A program made the translations under genes and the position numbers. Below are positions 42,440-57,000 of a DNA stretch of 64,000 nt, piece after piece (position 1 is the first letter of the stretch; each line of letters opens with the position of its first letter). Source of the DNA: Eledone cirrhosa (Eukaryota); the NCBI GenBank assembly GCA_964016885.1, contig OZ024748.1, positions 32,488,001 to 32,552,000 of the forward strand, given 5' to 3'. Under the pieces are notes generated by a model. It saw only the letters and a program-made list of their open reading frames with translations, was not told the origin of the DNA and searched no databases.

Positions 42440-44880
42440 TCTAAACTGGTTATATATTACAAACTGCTAAAAGTAATACTACACTTCTAAACTGGTTATA
42501 TATTAGACACTGCCAAAAGTAATACTATACTTCTTAACTGGCTATATATTACACAATACTAAAAGTAATACTATACTTCTAAACTGGTTATATATTACAC
42601 ACTGCTAAAAGTAATACTATACTTCTAAACTGCTTATATACTACATGCTTCTAAAAGTAATATAATACTTCTAAACTGGTTATATATTACACACTGTTAA
42701 AAGTAGTACGATACTACTAAACTGGTTATATATTACACACTGCTAAAAGTAATACTATACGTCTAAACTGGTTATATATTACATGCTGCTAAAAGTAATA
42801 CTATACTTCTAGACTGGTGATATATTACATACTGCTAAAAGTAATACTATACTTCTTAACTGGTTATATATTACAAACTGCTAAAAGTAATACTATACTT
42901 CTAAACTGGTTATATATTACACACTACTAAAAGTAATACTATACTTCTAAACTGGTTATATATTACACACTGCTAAAAGTAATACTATACCTCTCAACTG
43001 GTTATATATTACACACTGCTAAACGTAATACTATACTTCTAAACTAGTTATATATTACACGCTGGTAAAAGTAATACTATACTTCTTAACATGTTATATA
43101 TTACACACTACTAAAAGTAATACTATACTTCTTAACTGGTTATATATTACACACTACTAAAAGTAATACTATACTTCTAAACTGGTTATATATTACACAC
43201 TGCTAAAAGTAATACTATACTACTAAACTGGTTATATATTACACACTGTTAAAAGTAATACTATACTTCTAAACTGGTTATATATTACGCACTGCTAAAA
43301 GTAATACTATACTTCTAAATTAGGTATATATTACACACTGCTAAAAGTAATAGTATACCTCTAAACTGGTTATATATTACACACTTCTAAAAGTAATACT
43401 ATACTTCTAGACAGGTTATATATTACACACTGCTAAAAGTAATATTATACTTCTAAACTGGTTATATATTACACACGTCTAAAAGTAATACTATACTTCT
43501 AAACTGCTTATATACTACATGCTTCTAAAAGTAATATAATACTTCTAAACTGGTTATATATTACACACTGTTAAAAGTAATAATATACTTCTAAACTGGT
43601 TATATATTACACATTGCTAAAATAATACTATACTTCTAAACTGGTTATATATTACAAACTGCTAAAAGTAATACTACACTTCTAAACTGGTTATATATTA
43701 GACACTGCCAAAAGTAATACTATATTTCTTAATTGGCTATATATTACACAATACTAAAAGTAATACTATACTTCTAAACTGGTTATATATTACACACTGC
43801 TAAAAGTAATACTATACTTCTAAACTGCTTATATACTACATGCTTCTAAAAGTAATATAATACTTCTAAACTGGTTATATATTACACACTGTTAAAAGTA
43901 ATACTATACTTCTAAACTGGTTATATATTACACATTGCTAAAAGTAATACTATACTACTAAACTGGTTATATATTACACACTGCTAAAAGTAATACTATA
44001 CGTCTAAACTGGTTATATATTACATGCTGCTAAAAGTAATACTATACTTCTAGACTGGTGATATATTACATACTGCTAAAAGTAATACTATACTTCTTAA
44101 CTGGTTATATATTACAAACTGCTAAAAGTAATACTATACTTCTAAACTGGTTATATATTACACACTACTAAAAGTAATACTATACTTCTAAACTGGTTAT
44201 ATATTACACACTGCTAAAAGTAATACTATACCTCTCAACTGGTTATATATTACACACTGCTAAACGTAATGCTATACTTCTAAACTAGTTATATATTACA
44301 CGCTGGTAAAAGTAATACTATACTTCTTAACAGGTTATATATTACACACTACTAAAAGTAATACTATACTTCTTAACTGGTTATATATTACACACTACTA
44401 AAAGTAATACTATACTTCTAAACTGGTTATATATTACACACTGCTAAAAGTAATACTATACTACTAAACTGGTTATATATTACACACTGTTAAAAGTAAT
44501 ACTATACTTCTAAACTGGTTATATATTACGCACTGCTAAAAGTAATACTATACTTCTAAATTAGGTATATATTACACACTGCTAAAAGTAATAGTATACC
44601 TCTAAACTGGTTATATATTACACACTTCTAAAAGTAATACTATACTTCTAGACAGGTTATATATTACACACTGCTAAAAGTAATATTATACTTCTAAACT
44701 GGTTATATATTACACACGTCTAAAAGTAATACTATACTTCTAAACTGCTTATATACTACATGCTTCTAAAAGTAATATAATACTTCTAAACTGGTTATAT
44801 ATTACACACTGTTAAAAGTAATAATATACTTCTAAACTGGTTATATATTACACGTTGCTAAAATAATACTTTACTTCTAA
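42440..44880. repeat. ~1.2 kb (26-27 monomer) tandem duplication inside the 7.59 kb HOR
   Basis: ATACGTCT with G at 42761 and 44002 (1241 = 27x46-1). GGTGAT, CCTCTCAAC, CGCTGGT, ACACGTCT and a 1-bp deletion AAAATAAT occur in both halves. The doublet is also present at ~34.6-37.3k, ~53.3-55.9k and ~61.0-63.5k. Confidence 0.88.
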
Positions 44881-47800
44881 ACTGGTTATATATTACACAC
44901 TGCTAAATGTAATAGTATACTTCTAAACTGGTTATATATTACACACTGCTAAAAGTAATACTATACTTCTTCTAAACTGGTTATATATTACACACTGCTA
45001 AAGGTAATACTATACTTCTAAACTGGTTATATATTACACACTGTTAAAAGTAATACTATACTTCTAAACTGGTTATATATTACGCACTGCTAAAAGTAAT
45101 ACTATACTTCTAAACAGAATATATATAACATGCCGCTAAAAGTAATACATTACTTCTAAACTGGTTATATATTACACACTGATAAAAGTAATACTATTCT
45201 TCTAAATTAGGTATATATTACACACTGCTAAAAGTAATACTATACTTCTAAACAGGTTATATATTACACACTGCTAAACGTAATATTTTAACTCTAAACA
45301 GGTTACATATTACACACTGCTAAAAGACATACTATACTTCTAAACTGGATATATATTACATGCTGCTAAAAGTGATGCTATACTTCTAAACTGGTTATAT
45401 ATTACACACTGCTAAAAGTAATGCTATACCTCTAAACTGGTTATATATTACATGCTGCTAAAAGTAATACTGTATTTCTAAACTTGTTATATATTACACA
45501 CTGCTAAAACCAATACAATACTTCTAAACTTGTTATATATTACACACTGCTAAAAGTAACACTATACCTCTAAACTGGTTGTATATTACATGCTGCTAAA
45601 AGTAATACTATACTTCCAAACTGGTTATATATTACACACTGCTAAAAGTAATACTATACTTCTAAACTGCTTATATACTACATGCTTCTAAAAGTAAAAT
45701 AATACTTCTAAATTGGTTATATATTACACACTGCTAAAAGTAATACTATACTTCTAAACTGGTTATATATTACAAACTGCTAAAAGTAATACTACACTTC
45801 TAAACTGGTTATATATTAGACACTGCCAAAAGTAATACTATACTTCTAAACTGGTTATATACTACATGCTGCTAAAAGTAAAATAATACTTCTAAACTGG
45901 TTATATGTTACACACTGTTAAAAGAAATAATATACCTCTAAACTGGTTATATATTAGATGCTGCTAAAAGTAATACTATACTTCTAAACTGGTTATATGT
46001 TACGACTGCTAAAAGTAATACTATACTTCTAAATTAGGTATATATTACACACTGCTAAAAGTAATAGTATACCTCTAACCTGGTTATATATTACACACTG
46101 CTAAAAGTAATACTATACTTCTAAAATGCTTATATATTACACACTGCTAAAGGTAATACTATACTTCTAAACTGGTTATATATTACACACTGTTAAAAGT
46201 AATACTATACTTCTAAACTGGTTATATATTACACACTGCTAAAGGTAATATTATACTTCTAAACTGGTTATATATTACACTCTGTTAAAAGTAATACTAT
46301 ATTTCTAAACTGGTTAAATATTGCACACTGGTAAAAGTAATACTATACTTCTAAATCAGGTATATCTTACACACTGCTAAAAGCAATACTATACTTCTAA
46401 ACAGGTTATATATTACACAGTGTTAAAAGTAATACTATAATTCTAAACTGGTTATATATTACACACTGCTAAAAGTAATACTATACTTCTAAACTGGTTA
46501 TATATTACATGCTACTAAATGTAATACTATACTTCAAAATTGGTTATATACTACATGCTTCTAAAAGTAATACTATACTTCTAAACTGGTTATATATTAC
46601 ACACTGCTAAAAGTAACACTATACTACTAAACTGGTTATATATTACACACTGCTAAAAGTAACACTATACTACTAAACTGGTTGTATATTACATGCTGCT
46701 AAAAGTAATATTATACTTCTAAACTGGTTATATATTACATATTTCTAAAAGTAATACTATACTTCTCTAACTGGTTATATATTACACACTGCTAAAAGTA
46801 ATACTATACTTCTAAACTGGTTATATATTACACACTGCTAAAAGTAATACTATACCTCTTAACTGGTTATATATTACACACTGCTAAAAGTAATACTATA
46901 CCTCTTAACTGGTTATATATTAGATGCTGCTAAAAGTAATACTATACTTCTAAATTAGGTATATATTACACACTGCTAAAAGTAATACTATACTTCTAAA
47001 CTGCTTATATATTACACACTGCTAAAGGTAATACTATACTTCTAAACTGGTTATATATTACACACTGTTAAAAGTAATACTATACTTCTAAACTGGTTAT
47101 ATATTACACACTGTTAAAACTAATACTATACTTCTATACTGGTTATATATTACATGCTGCTAAAAGTGATACTACACTTCTAAACTGGTTATATACTACA
47201 TGCTTCTAAAAGTAATACTATAGTTCTAAACTGGTTATATATTACACACTGCTAAAAGTAATACTATACTTCTAAACTGGTTATATATTACACTCTGCTA
47301 AAGGTAATACTATACTTCTAAACTGGTTATATATTAGACACTGTTAAAAGTAATACTATACTTCTAAACTGGTTATATGTTACACACTGATAAAAGTAAT
47401 ACTATACTTCTAAATAATGTATATATTACACACTGCTAAAAGTAATATTATACTTCTAAACAGGTTATATATTACACACTGCTAAACGTAATACTTTAAC
47501 TCTAAACCGGTTATATATTACACACCGCTAAAAGTAATACTATACTTCTAAACTGGTTATATATTACACACTGCTAAAAGTAATACTATACTTCGAAACT
47601 GGTTATATATTACACACTGCTAAAAGTGACACTATACTTCTAAACTAGTTATATACGACATACTGCTAAAAGTAATACTGTACTTCTAAACTGGTTATAT
47701 ACTACACGCTGCTAAATGTAATACTATACTTCTTAACTGGTTATATATTACACACTGCTAAAAGTAATACTATAGCTCTAAACTGGTTATATATTACACA

Positions 47801-50800
47801 CTGCTAAAAGTAATACTATACCTCTAAACTGGTTGTATATTACATGCTGCTAAAAGTAATACTATACTTCTAAACTGGTTATATATTACACACTGCTAAA
47901 GGTAATACTATACTTCTAAACTGGTTATATATTACACACTGTTAAAAGTAATACTATACTTCTAAACTGGTTATATATTACACACTGCTGAAAGTAATAC
48001 TATACTTCTAAACTGCTTATATACTACATGCTCCTAAAAGTAATACTATACTTCTAAACTGGTTATATATTACACACTGCTAAAAGTAATACTATACTTC
48101 TAAACTGGTTATATATTACACACTGTTAAAAGTAATACTATACTTCTAAACTGGTTATATATTACACACTGCTAAAAGTAATACTATACCTCTTAACTGG
48201 TTATATATTAGATGCTGCTAAAAGTAATACTATACTTCTAAACTGGTTATATATTACACACTGCTACAAGTAATACTATACGTCTGAAATGCTTATATAT
48301 TACACACTGCTAAAGGTAATACTATACTTCTAAACTGGTTATATATTAGACACTGTTAAAAGTAATACTATACTTCCAAACAGATTATATATAACATGCC
48401 GCTAAAAGTAATACATTACTTCTAAACTGGTTATATATTACACACTGATAAAAGTAATACTATACTTCTAAATTAGGTATATATTACACACTGCTAAAAG
48501 TAATATTATACTTCAAAACAGGTTATATATTACACAATGCTAAACGTAATACTTTAATTCTAAACCTGTTATATATTACACACTGCTAAAAGTAATACTA
48601 TACTTCTAAACTGGTTATATATTACACACTGCTAAAAGTAATACTATACTTCGAAACTGGTTATATATTACACACTGCTAAAAGTAATACTATACTTCTA
48701 TACTGGTTATATATTACATGTGCTAAAAGTGATACTTTACTTCTAAACTGGTTATAATCTACATGCTTCTAAAAGTAATAATATAGTTCTAAACTGGTTA
48801 TATATTACACACTGCTAAAAGTAATACTATACTTCTCAACTGGTTATATATTACACACTGCTAAAAGTAATATTATACTTCTAAACTAGTTATATATTAC
48901 ACACTGCTAACACTAATACTATACTCATAAACTGGTTATATATTACACAGTGCTAAAAGTAATTCTATACCTCCAAACTAGTTATATAATACATGCTGCT
49001 AAATGTAATACTATAACTCTAAACTGGTTATATATTACACACTGCTAAAAGTAATACTATACCTCTAAACTAGTTATATGTTACACACTGCTAAAAGACA
49101 TACTATACTTCTAAACTGGATATATATTACATGCTGCTAAAAGTAATACTATACTTCTAAACTGGTTATATACTACATGTTTCTAAAAGTAATAATATAC
49201 TTCTAAACTGGTTATATATTACACACTACTAAAAGTAATACTATACTTCTAAACTGGTTATATGTTACACACTGCTAAAAGTAATACTATAATTCTAAAC
49301 TTGTTATATACTACACACTGCTAAAAGTGATACTATACTTCTAAACAGGTTATATATTACACACTGCTAAAAGTAATACTATACCTCTAAACTGGTTATA
49401 TATTACATGCTGCTAAAAGTAATACTGTATTTCTAAACTTGTTATATATTACACACTGCTAAAACCAATACAATACTTCTAAACTAGTTATATATTACAC
49501 ACTGCTAAAAGTAACACTATACCTCTAAACTGCTTGTATATTACATGCTGCTAAAAGTAATACTATACTTCTAAACTGGTTATATATTACAAACTGCTAA
49601 AAGTAATACTACACTTCTAAACTGGTTATATATTAGACACTGCCAAAAGTAATACTATACTTCTTAACTGGCTATATATTACACACTACTAAAAGCAATA
49701 CTATACTTCTAAACTGGTTATATATTACACACTGCTAAAAGTAATTCTATACTTCTAAACTGCTTATATACTACATGCTTCTAAAAGTAAAATAATACTT
49801 CTAAACTGGTTATATATTACACACTGCTAAAAGTAATACTATACTTCTAAACTAGTTATATACTACATGCTGCTAAAAGTAATACTATACTTCTAAACTG
49901 GTTATATACTACATGCTGCTAAAAGTAATACTATACTTCTAAACTGCTTATATACTACATGCTTCTAAAAGTAAAATAATACTTCTAAACTGGTTATATA
50001 TTACACACTGCTAAAAGTAATACTATACTTCTAAACTGGTTATATATTACAAACTGCTAAAAGTAATACTACACTTCTAAACTGGTTATATATTAGACAC
50101 TGCCAAAAGTAATACTATACTTCTTAACTGGCTATATATTACACAATACTAAAAGTAATACTATACTTCTAAACTGGTTATATATTACACACTGCTAAAA
50201 GTAATACTATACTTCTAAACTGCTTATATACTACATGCTTCTAAAAGTAATATAATACTTCTAAACTGGTTATATATTACACACTGTTAAAAGTAGTACG
50301 ATACTACTAAACTGGTTATATATTACACACTGCTAAAAGTAATACTATACGTCTAAACTGGTTATATATTACATGCTGCTAAAAGTAATACTATACTTCT
50401 AGACTGGTGATATATTACATACTGCTAAAAGTAATACTATACTTCTTAACTGGTTATATATTACAAACTGCTAAAAGTAATACTATACTTCTAAACTGGT
50501 TATATATTACACACTACTAAAAGTAATACTATACTTCTAAACTGGTTATATATTACACACTGCTAAAAGTAATACTATACCTCTCAACTGGTTATATATT
50601 ACACACTGCTAAACGTAATACTATACTTCTAAACTAGTTATATATTACACGCTGGTAAAAGTAATACTATACTTCTTAACAGGTTATATATTACACACTA
50701 CTAAAAGTAATACTATACTTCTTAACTGGTTATATATTACACACTACTAAAAGTAATACTATACTTCTAAACTGGTTATATATTACACACTGCTAAAAGT

Positions 50801-51040
50801 AATACTATACTACTAAACTGGTTATATATTACACACTGTTAAAAGTAATACTATACTTCTAAACTGGTTATATATTACGCACTGCTAAAAGTAATACTAT
50901 ACTTCTAAATTAGGTATATATTACACACTGCTAAAAGTAATAGTATACCTCTAAACTGGTTATATATTACACACTTCTAAAAGTAATACTATACTTCTAG
51001 ACAGGTTATATATTACACACTGCTAAAAGTAATATTATAC

Positions 51041-54000
51041 TTCGAAACTGGTTATATATTACACACTGCTAAAAGTGACACTATACTTCTAAACTAGTTA
51101 TATACGACATACTGCTAAAAGTAATACTGTACTTCTAAACTGGTTATATACTACACGCTGCTAAATGTAATACTATACTTCTTAACTGGTTATATATTAC
51201 ACACTGCTAAAAGTAATACTATAGCTCTAAACTGGTTATATATTACACACTGCTAAAAGTAATACTATACCTCTAAACTGGTTGTATATTACATGCTGCT
51301 AAAAGTAATACTATACTTCTAAACTGGTTATATATTACACACTGCTAAAGGTAATACTATACTTCTAAACTGGTTATATATTACACACTGTTAAAAGTAA
51401 TACTATACTTCTAAACTGGTTATATATTACACACTGCTGAAAGTAATACTATACTTCTAAACTGCTTATATACTACATGCTCCTAAAAGTAATACTATAC
51501 TTCTAAACTGGTTATATATTACACACTGCTAAAAGTAATACTATACTTCTAAACTGGTTATATATTACACACTGTTAAAAGTAATACTATACTTCTAAAC
51601 TGGTTATATATTACACACTGCTAAAAGTAATACTATACCTCTTAACTGGTTATATATTAGATGCTGCTAAAAGTAATACTATACTTCTAAACTGGTTATA
51701 TATTACACACTGCTACAAGTAATACTATACGTCTGAAATGCTTATATATTACACACTGCTAAAGGTAATACTATACTTCTAAACTGGTTATATATTAGAC
51801 ACTGTTAAAAGTAATACTATACTTCCAAACAGATTATATATAACATGCCGCTAAAAGTAATACATTACTTCTAAACTGGTTATATATTACACACTGATAA
51901 AAGTAATACTATACTTCTAAATTAGGTATATATTACACACTGCTAAAAGTAATATTATACTTCAAAACAGGTTATATATTACACAATGCTAAACGTAATA
52001 CTTTAATTCTAAACCTGTTATATATTACACACTGCTAAAAGTAATACTATACTTCTAAACTGGTTATATATTACACACTGCTAAAAGTAATACTATACTT
52101 CGAAACTGGTTATATATTACACACTGCTAAAAGTAATACTATACTTCTATACTGGTTATATATTACATGTGCTAAAAGTGATACTTTACTTCTAAACTGG
52201 TTATAATCTACATGCTTCTAAAAGTAATAATATAGTTCTAAACTGGTTATATATTACACACTGCTAAAAGTAATACTATACTTCTCAACTGGTTATATAT
52301 TACACACTGCTAAAAGTAATATTATACTTCTAAACTAGTTATATATTACACACTTCTAACACTAATACTATACTCATAAACTGGTTATATATTACACAGT
52401 GCTTAAAGTAATTCTATACCTCCAAACTAGTTATATAATACATGCTGCTAAATGTAATACTATAACTCTAAACTGGTTATATATTACACACTGCTAAAAG
52501 TAATACTATACCTCTAAACTAGTTATATGTTACACACTGCTAAAAGACATACTATACTTCTAAACTGGATATATATTACATGCTGCTAAAAGTAATACTA
52601 TACTTCTAAACTGGTTATATACTACATGTTTCTAAGAGTAATAATATACTTCTAAACTGGTTATATATTACACACTACTAAAAGTAATACTATACTTCTA
52701 AACTGGTTATATGTTACACACTGCTAAAAGTAATACTATAATTCTAAACTTGTTATATACTACACACTGCTAAAAGTGATACTATACTTCTAAACAGGTT
52801 ATATATTACACACTGCTAAAAGTAATACTATACCTCTAAACTGGTTATATATTACATGCTGCTAAAAGTAATACTGTATTTCTAAACTTGTTATATATTA
52901 CACACTGCTAAAACCAATACAATACTTCTAAACTAGTTATATATTACACACTGCTAATAGTAACACTATACCTCTAAACTGCTTGTATATTACATGCTGC
53001 TAAAAGTAATACTATACTTCTAAACTGGTTATATATTACAAACTGCTAAAAGTAATACTACACTTCTAAACTGGTTATATATTAGACACTGCCAAAAGTA
53101 ATACTATACTTCTTAACTGGCTATATATTACACACTACTAAAAGCAATACTATACTTCTAAACTGGTTATATATTACACACTGCTAAAAGTAATTCTATA
53201 CTTCTAAACTGCTTATATACTACATGCTTCTAAAAGTAAAATAATACTTCTAAACTGGTTATATATTACACACTGCTAAAAGTAATACTATACTTCTTAA
53301 CTGGCTATATATTACACAATACTAAAAGTAATACTATACTTCTAAACTGGTTATATATTACACACTGCTAAAAGTAATACTATACTTCTAAACTGCTTAT
53401 ATACTACATGCTTCTAAAAGTAATATAATACTTCTAAACTGGTTATATATTACACACTGTTAAAAGTAGTACGATACTACTAAACTGGTTATATATTACA
53501 CACTGCTAAAAGTAATACTATACGTCTAAACTGGTTATATATTACATGCTGCTAAAAGTAATACTATACTTCTAGACTGGTGATATATTACATACTGCTA
53601 AAAGTAATACTATACTTCTTAACTGGTTATATATTACAAACTGCTAAAAGTAATACTATACTTCTAAACTGGTTATATATTACACACTACTAAAAGTAAT
53701 ACTATACTTCTAAACTGGTTATATATTACACACTGCTAAAAGTAATACTATACCTCTCAACTGGTTATATATTACACACTGCTAAACGTAATACTATACT
53801 TCTAAACTAGTTATATATTACACGCTGGTAAAAGTAATACTATACTTCTTAACAGGTTATATATTACACACTACTAAAAGTAATACTATACTTCTTAACT
53901 GGTTATATATTACACACTACTAAAAGTAATACTATACTTCTAAACTGGTTATATATTACACACTGCTAAAAGTAATACTATACTACTAAACTGGTTATAT

Positions 54001-57000
54001 ATTACACACTGTTAAAAGTAATACTATACTTCTAAACTGGTTATATATTACGCACTGCTAAAAGTAATACTATACTTCTAAATTAGGTATATATTACACA
54101 CTGCTAAAAGTAATAGTATACCTCTAAACTGGTTATATATTACACACTTCTAAAAGTAATACTATACTTCTAGACAGGTTATATATTACACACTGCTAAA
54201 AGTAATATTATACTTCTAAACTGGTTATATATTACACACGTCAAACTGGTTATATATTACACACTGTTAAAAGTAATACTATACTTCTAAACTGGTTATA
54301 TATTACGCACTGCTAAAAGTAATACTATACTTCTAAATTAGGTATATATTACACACTGCTAAAAGTAATAGTATACCTCTAAACTGGTTATATATTACAC
54401 ACTTCTAAAAGTAATACTATACTTCTAGACAGGTTATATATTACACACTGCTAAAAGTAATATTATACTTCTAAACTGGTTATATATTACACACGTCTAA
54501 AAGTAATACTATACTTCTAAACTGCTTATATACTACATGCTTCTAAAAGTAATGTAATACTTCTAAACTGGTTATATATTACACACTGTTAAAAGTAATA
54601 ATATACTTCTAAACTGGTTATATATTACACATTGCTAAAATAATACTATACTTCTAAACTGGTTATATATTACAAACTGCTAAAAGTAATACTACACTTC
54701 TAAACTGGTTATATATTAGACACTGCCAAAAGTAATACTATATTTCTTAATTGGCTATATATTACACAATACTAAAAGTAATACTATACTTCTAAACTGG
54801 TTATATATTACACACTGCTAAAAGTAATACTATACTTCTAAACTGCTTATATACTACATGCTTCTAAAAGTAATATAATACTTCTAAACTGGTTATATAT
54901 TACACACTGTTAAAAGTAATACTATACTTCTAAACTGGTTATATATTACACATTGCTAAAAGTAATACTATACTACTAAACTGGTTATATATTACACACT
55001 GCTAAAAGTAATACTATACGTCTAAACTGGTTATATATTACATGCTGCTAAAAGTAATACTATACTTCTAGACTGGTGATATATTACATACTGCTAAAAG
55101 TAATACTATACTTCTTAACTGGTTATATATTACAAACTGCTAAAAGTAATACTATACTTCTAAACTGGTTATATATTACACACTACTAAAAGTAATACTA
55201 TACTTCTAAACTGGTTATATATTACACACTGCTAAAAGTAATACTATACCTCTCAACTGGTTATATATTACACACTGCTAAACGTAATGCTATACTTCTA
55301 AACTAGTTATATATTACACGCTGGTAAAAGTAATACTATACTTCTTAACAGGTTATATATTACACACTACTAAAAGTAATACTATACTTCTTAACTGGTT
55401 ATATATTACACACTACTAAAAGTAATACTATACTTCTAAACTGGTTATATATTACACACTGCTAAAAGTAATACTATACTACTAAACTGGTTATATATTA
55501 CACACTGTTAAAAGTAATACTATACTTCTAAACTGGTTATATATTACGCACTGCTAAAAGTAATACTATACTTCTAAATTAGGTATATATTACACACTGC
55601 TAAAAGTAATAGTATACCTCTAAACTAGTTATATATTACACACTTCTAAAAGTAATACTATACTTCTAGACAGGTTATATATTACACACTGCTAAAAGTA
55701 ATATTATACTTCTAAACTGGTTATATATTACACACGTCTAAAAGTAATACTATACTTCTAAACTGCTTATATACTACATGCTTCTAAAAGTAATATAATA
55801 CTTCTAAACTGGTTATATATTACACACTGTTAAAAGTAATAATATACTTCTAAACTGGTTATATATTACACGTTGCTAAAATAATACTTTACTTCTAAAC
55901 TGGTTATATATTACACACTGCTAAATGTAATAGTATACTTCTAAACTGGTTATATATTACACACTGCTAAAAGTAATACTATACTTCTTCTAAACTGGTT
56001 ATATATTACACACTGCTAAAGGTAATACTATACTTCTAAACTGGTTATATATTACACACTGTTAAAAGTAATACTATACTTCTAAACTGGTTATATATTA
56101 CGCACTGCTAAAAGTAATACTATACTTCTAAACAGAATATATATAACATGCCGCTAAAAGTAATACATTACTTCTAAACTGGTTATATATTACACACTGA
56201 TAAAAGTAATACTATTCTTCTAAATTAGGTATATATTACACACTGCTAAAAGTAATACTATACTTCTAAACAGGTTATATATTACACACTGCTAAACGTA
56301 ATATTTTAACTCTAAACAGGTTACATATTACACACTGCTAAAAGACATACTATACTTCTAAACTGGATATATATTACATGCTGCTAAAAGTGATGCTATA
56401 CTTCTAAACTGGTTATATATTACACACTGCTAAAAGTAATGCTATACCTCTAAACTGGTTATATATTACATGCTGCTAAAAGTAATACTGTATTTCTAAA
56501 CTTGTTATATATTACACACTGCTAAAACCAATACAATACTTCTAAACTTGTTATATATTACACACTGCTAAAAGTAACACTATACCTCTAAACTGGTTGT
56601 ATATTACATGCTGCTAAAAGTAATACTATACTTCCAAACTGGTTATATATTACACACTGCTAAAAGTAATACTATACTTCTAAACTGCTTATATACTACA
56701 TGCTTCTAAAAGTAAAATAATACTTCTAAATTGGTTATATATTACACACTGCTAAAAGTAATACTATACTTCTAAACTGGTTATATATTACAAACTGCTA
56801 AAAGTAATACTACACTTCTAAACTGGTTATATATTAGACACTGCCAAAAGTAATACTATACTTCTAAACTGGTTATATACTACATGCTGCTAAAAGTAAA
56901 ATAATACTTCTAAACTGGTTATATGTTACACACTGTTAAAAGAAATAATATACCTCTAAACTGGTTATATATTAGATGCTGCTAAAAGTAATACTATACT

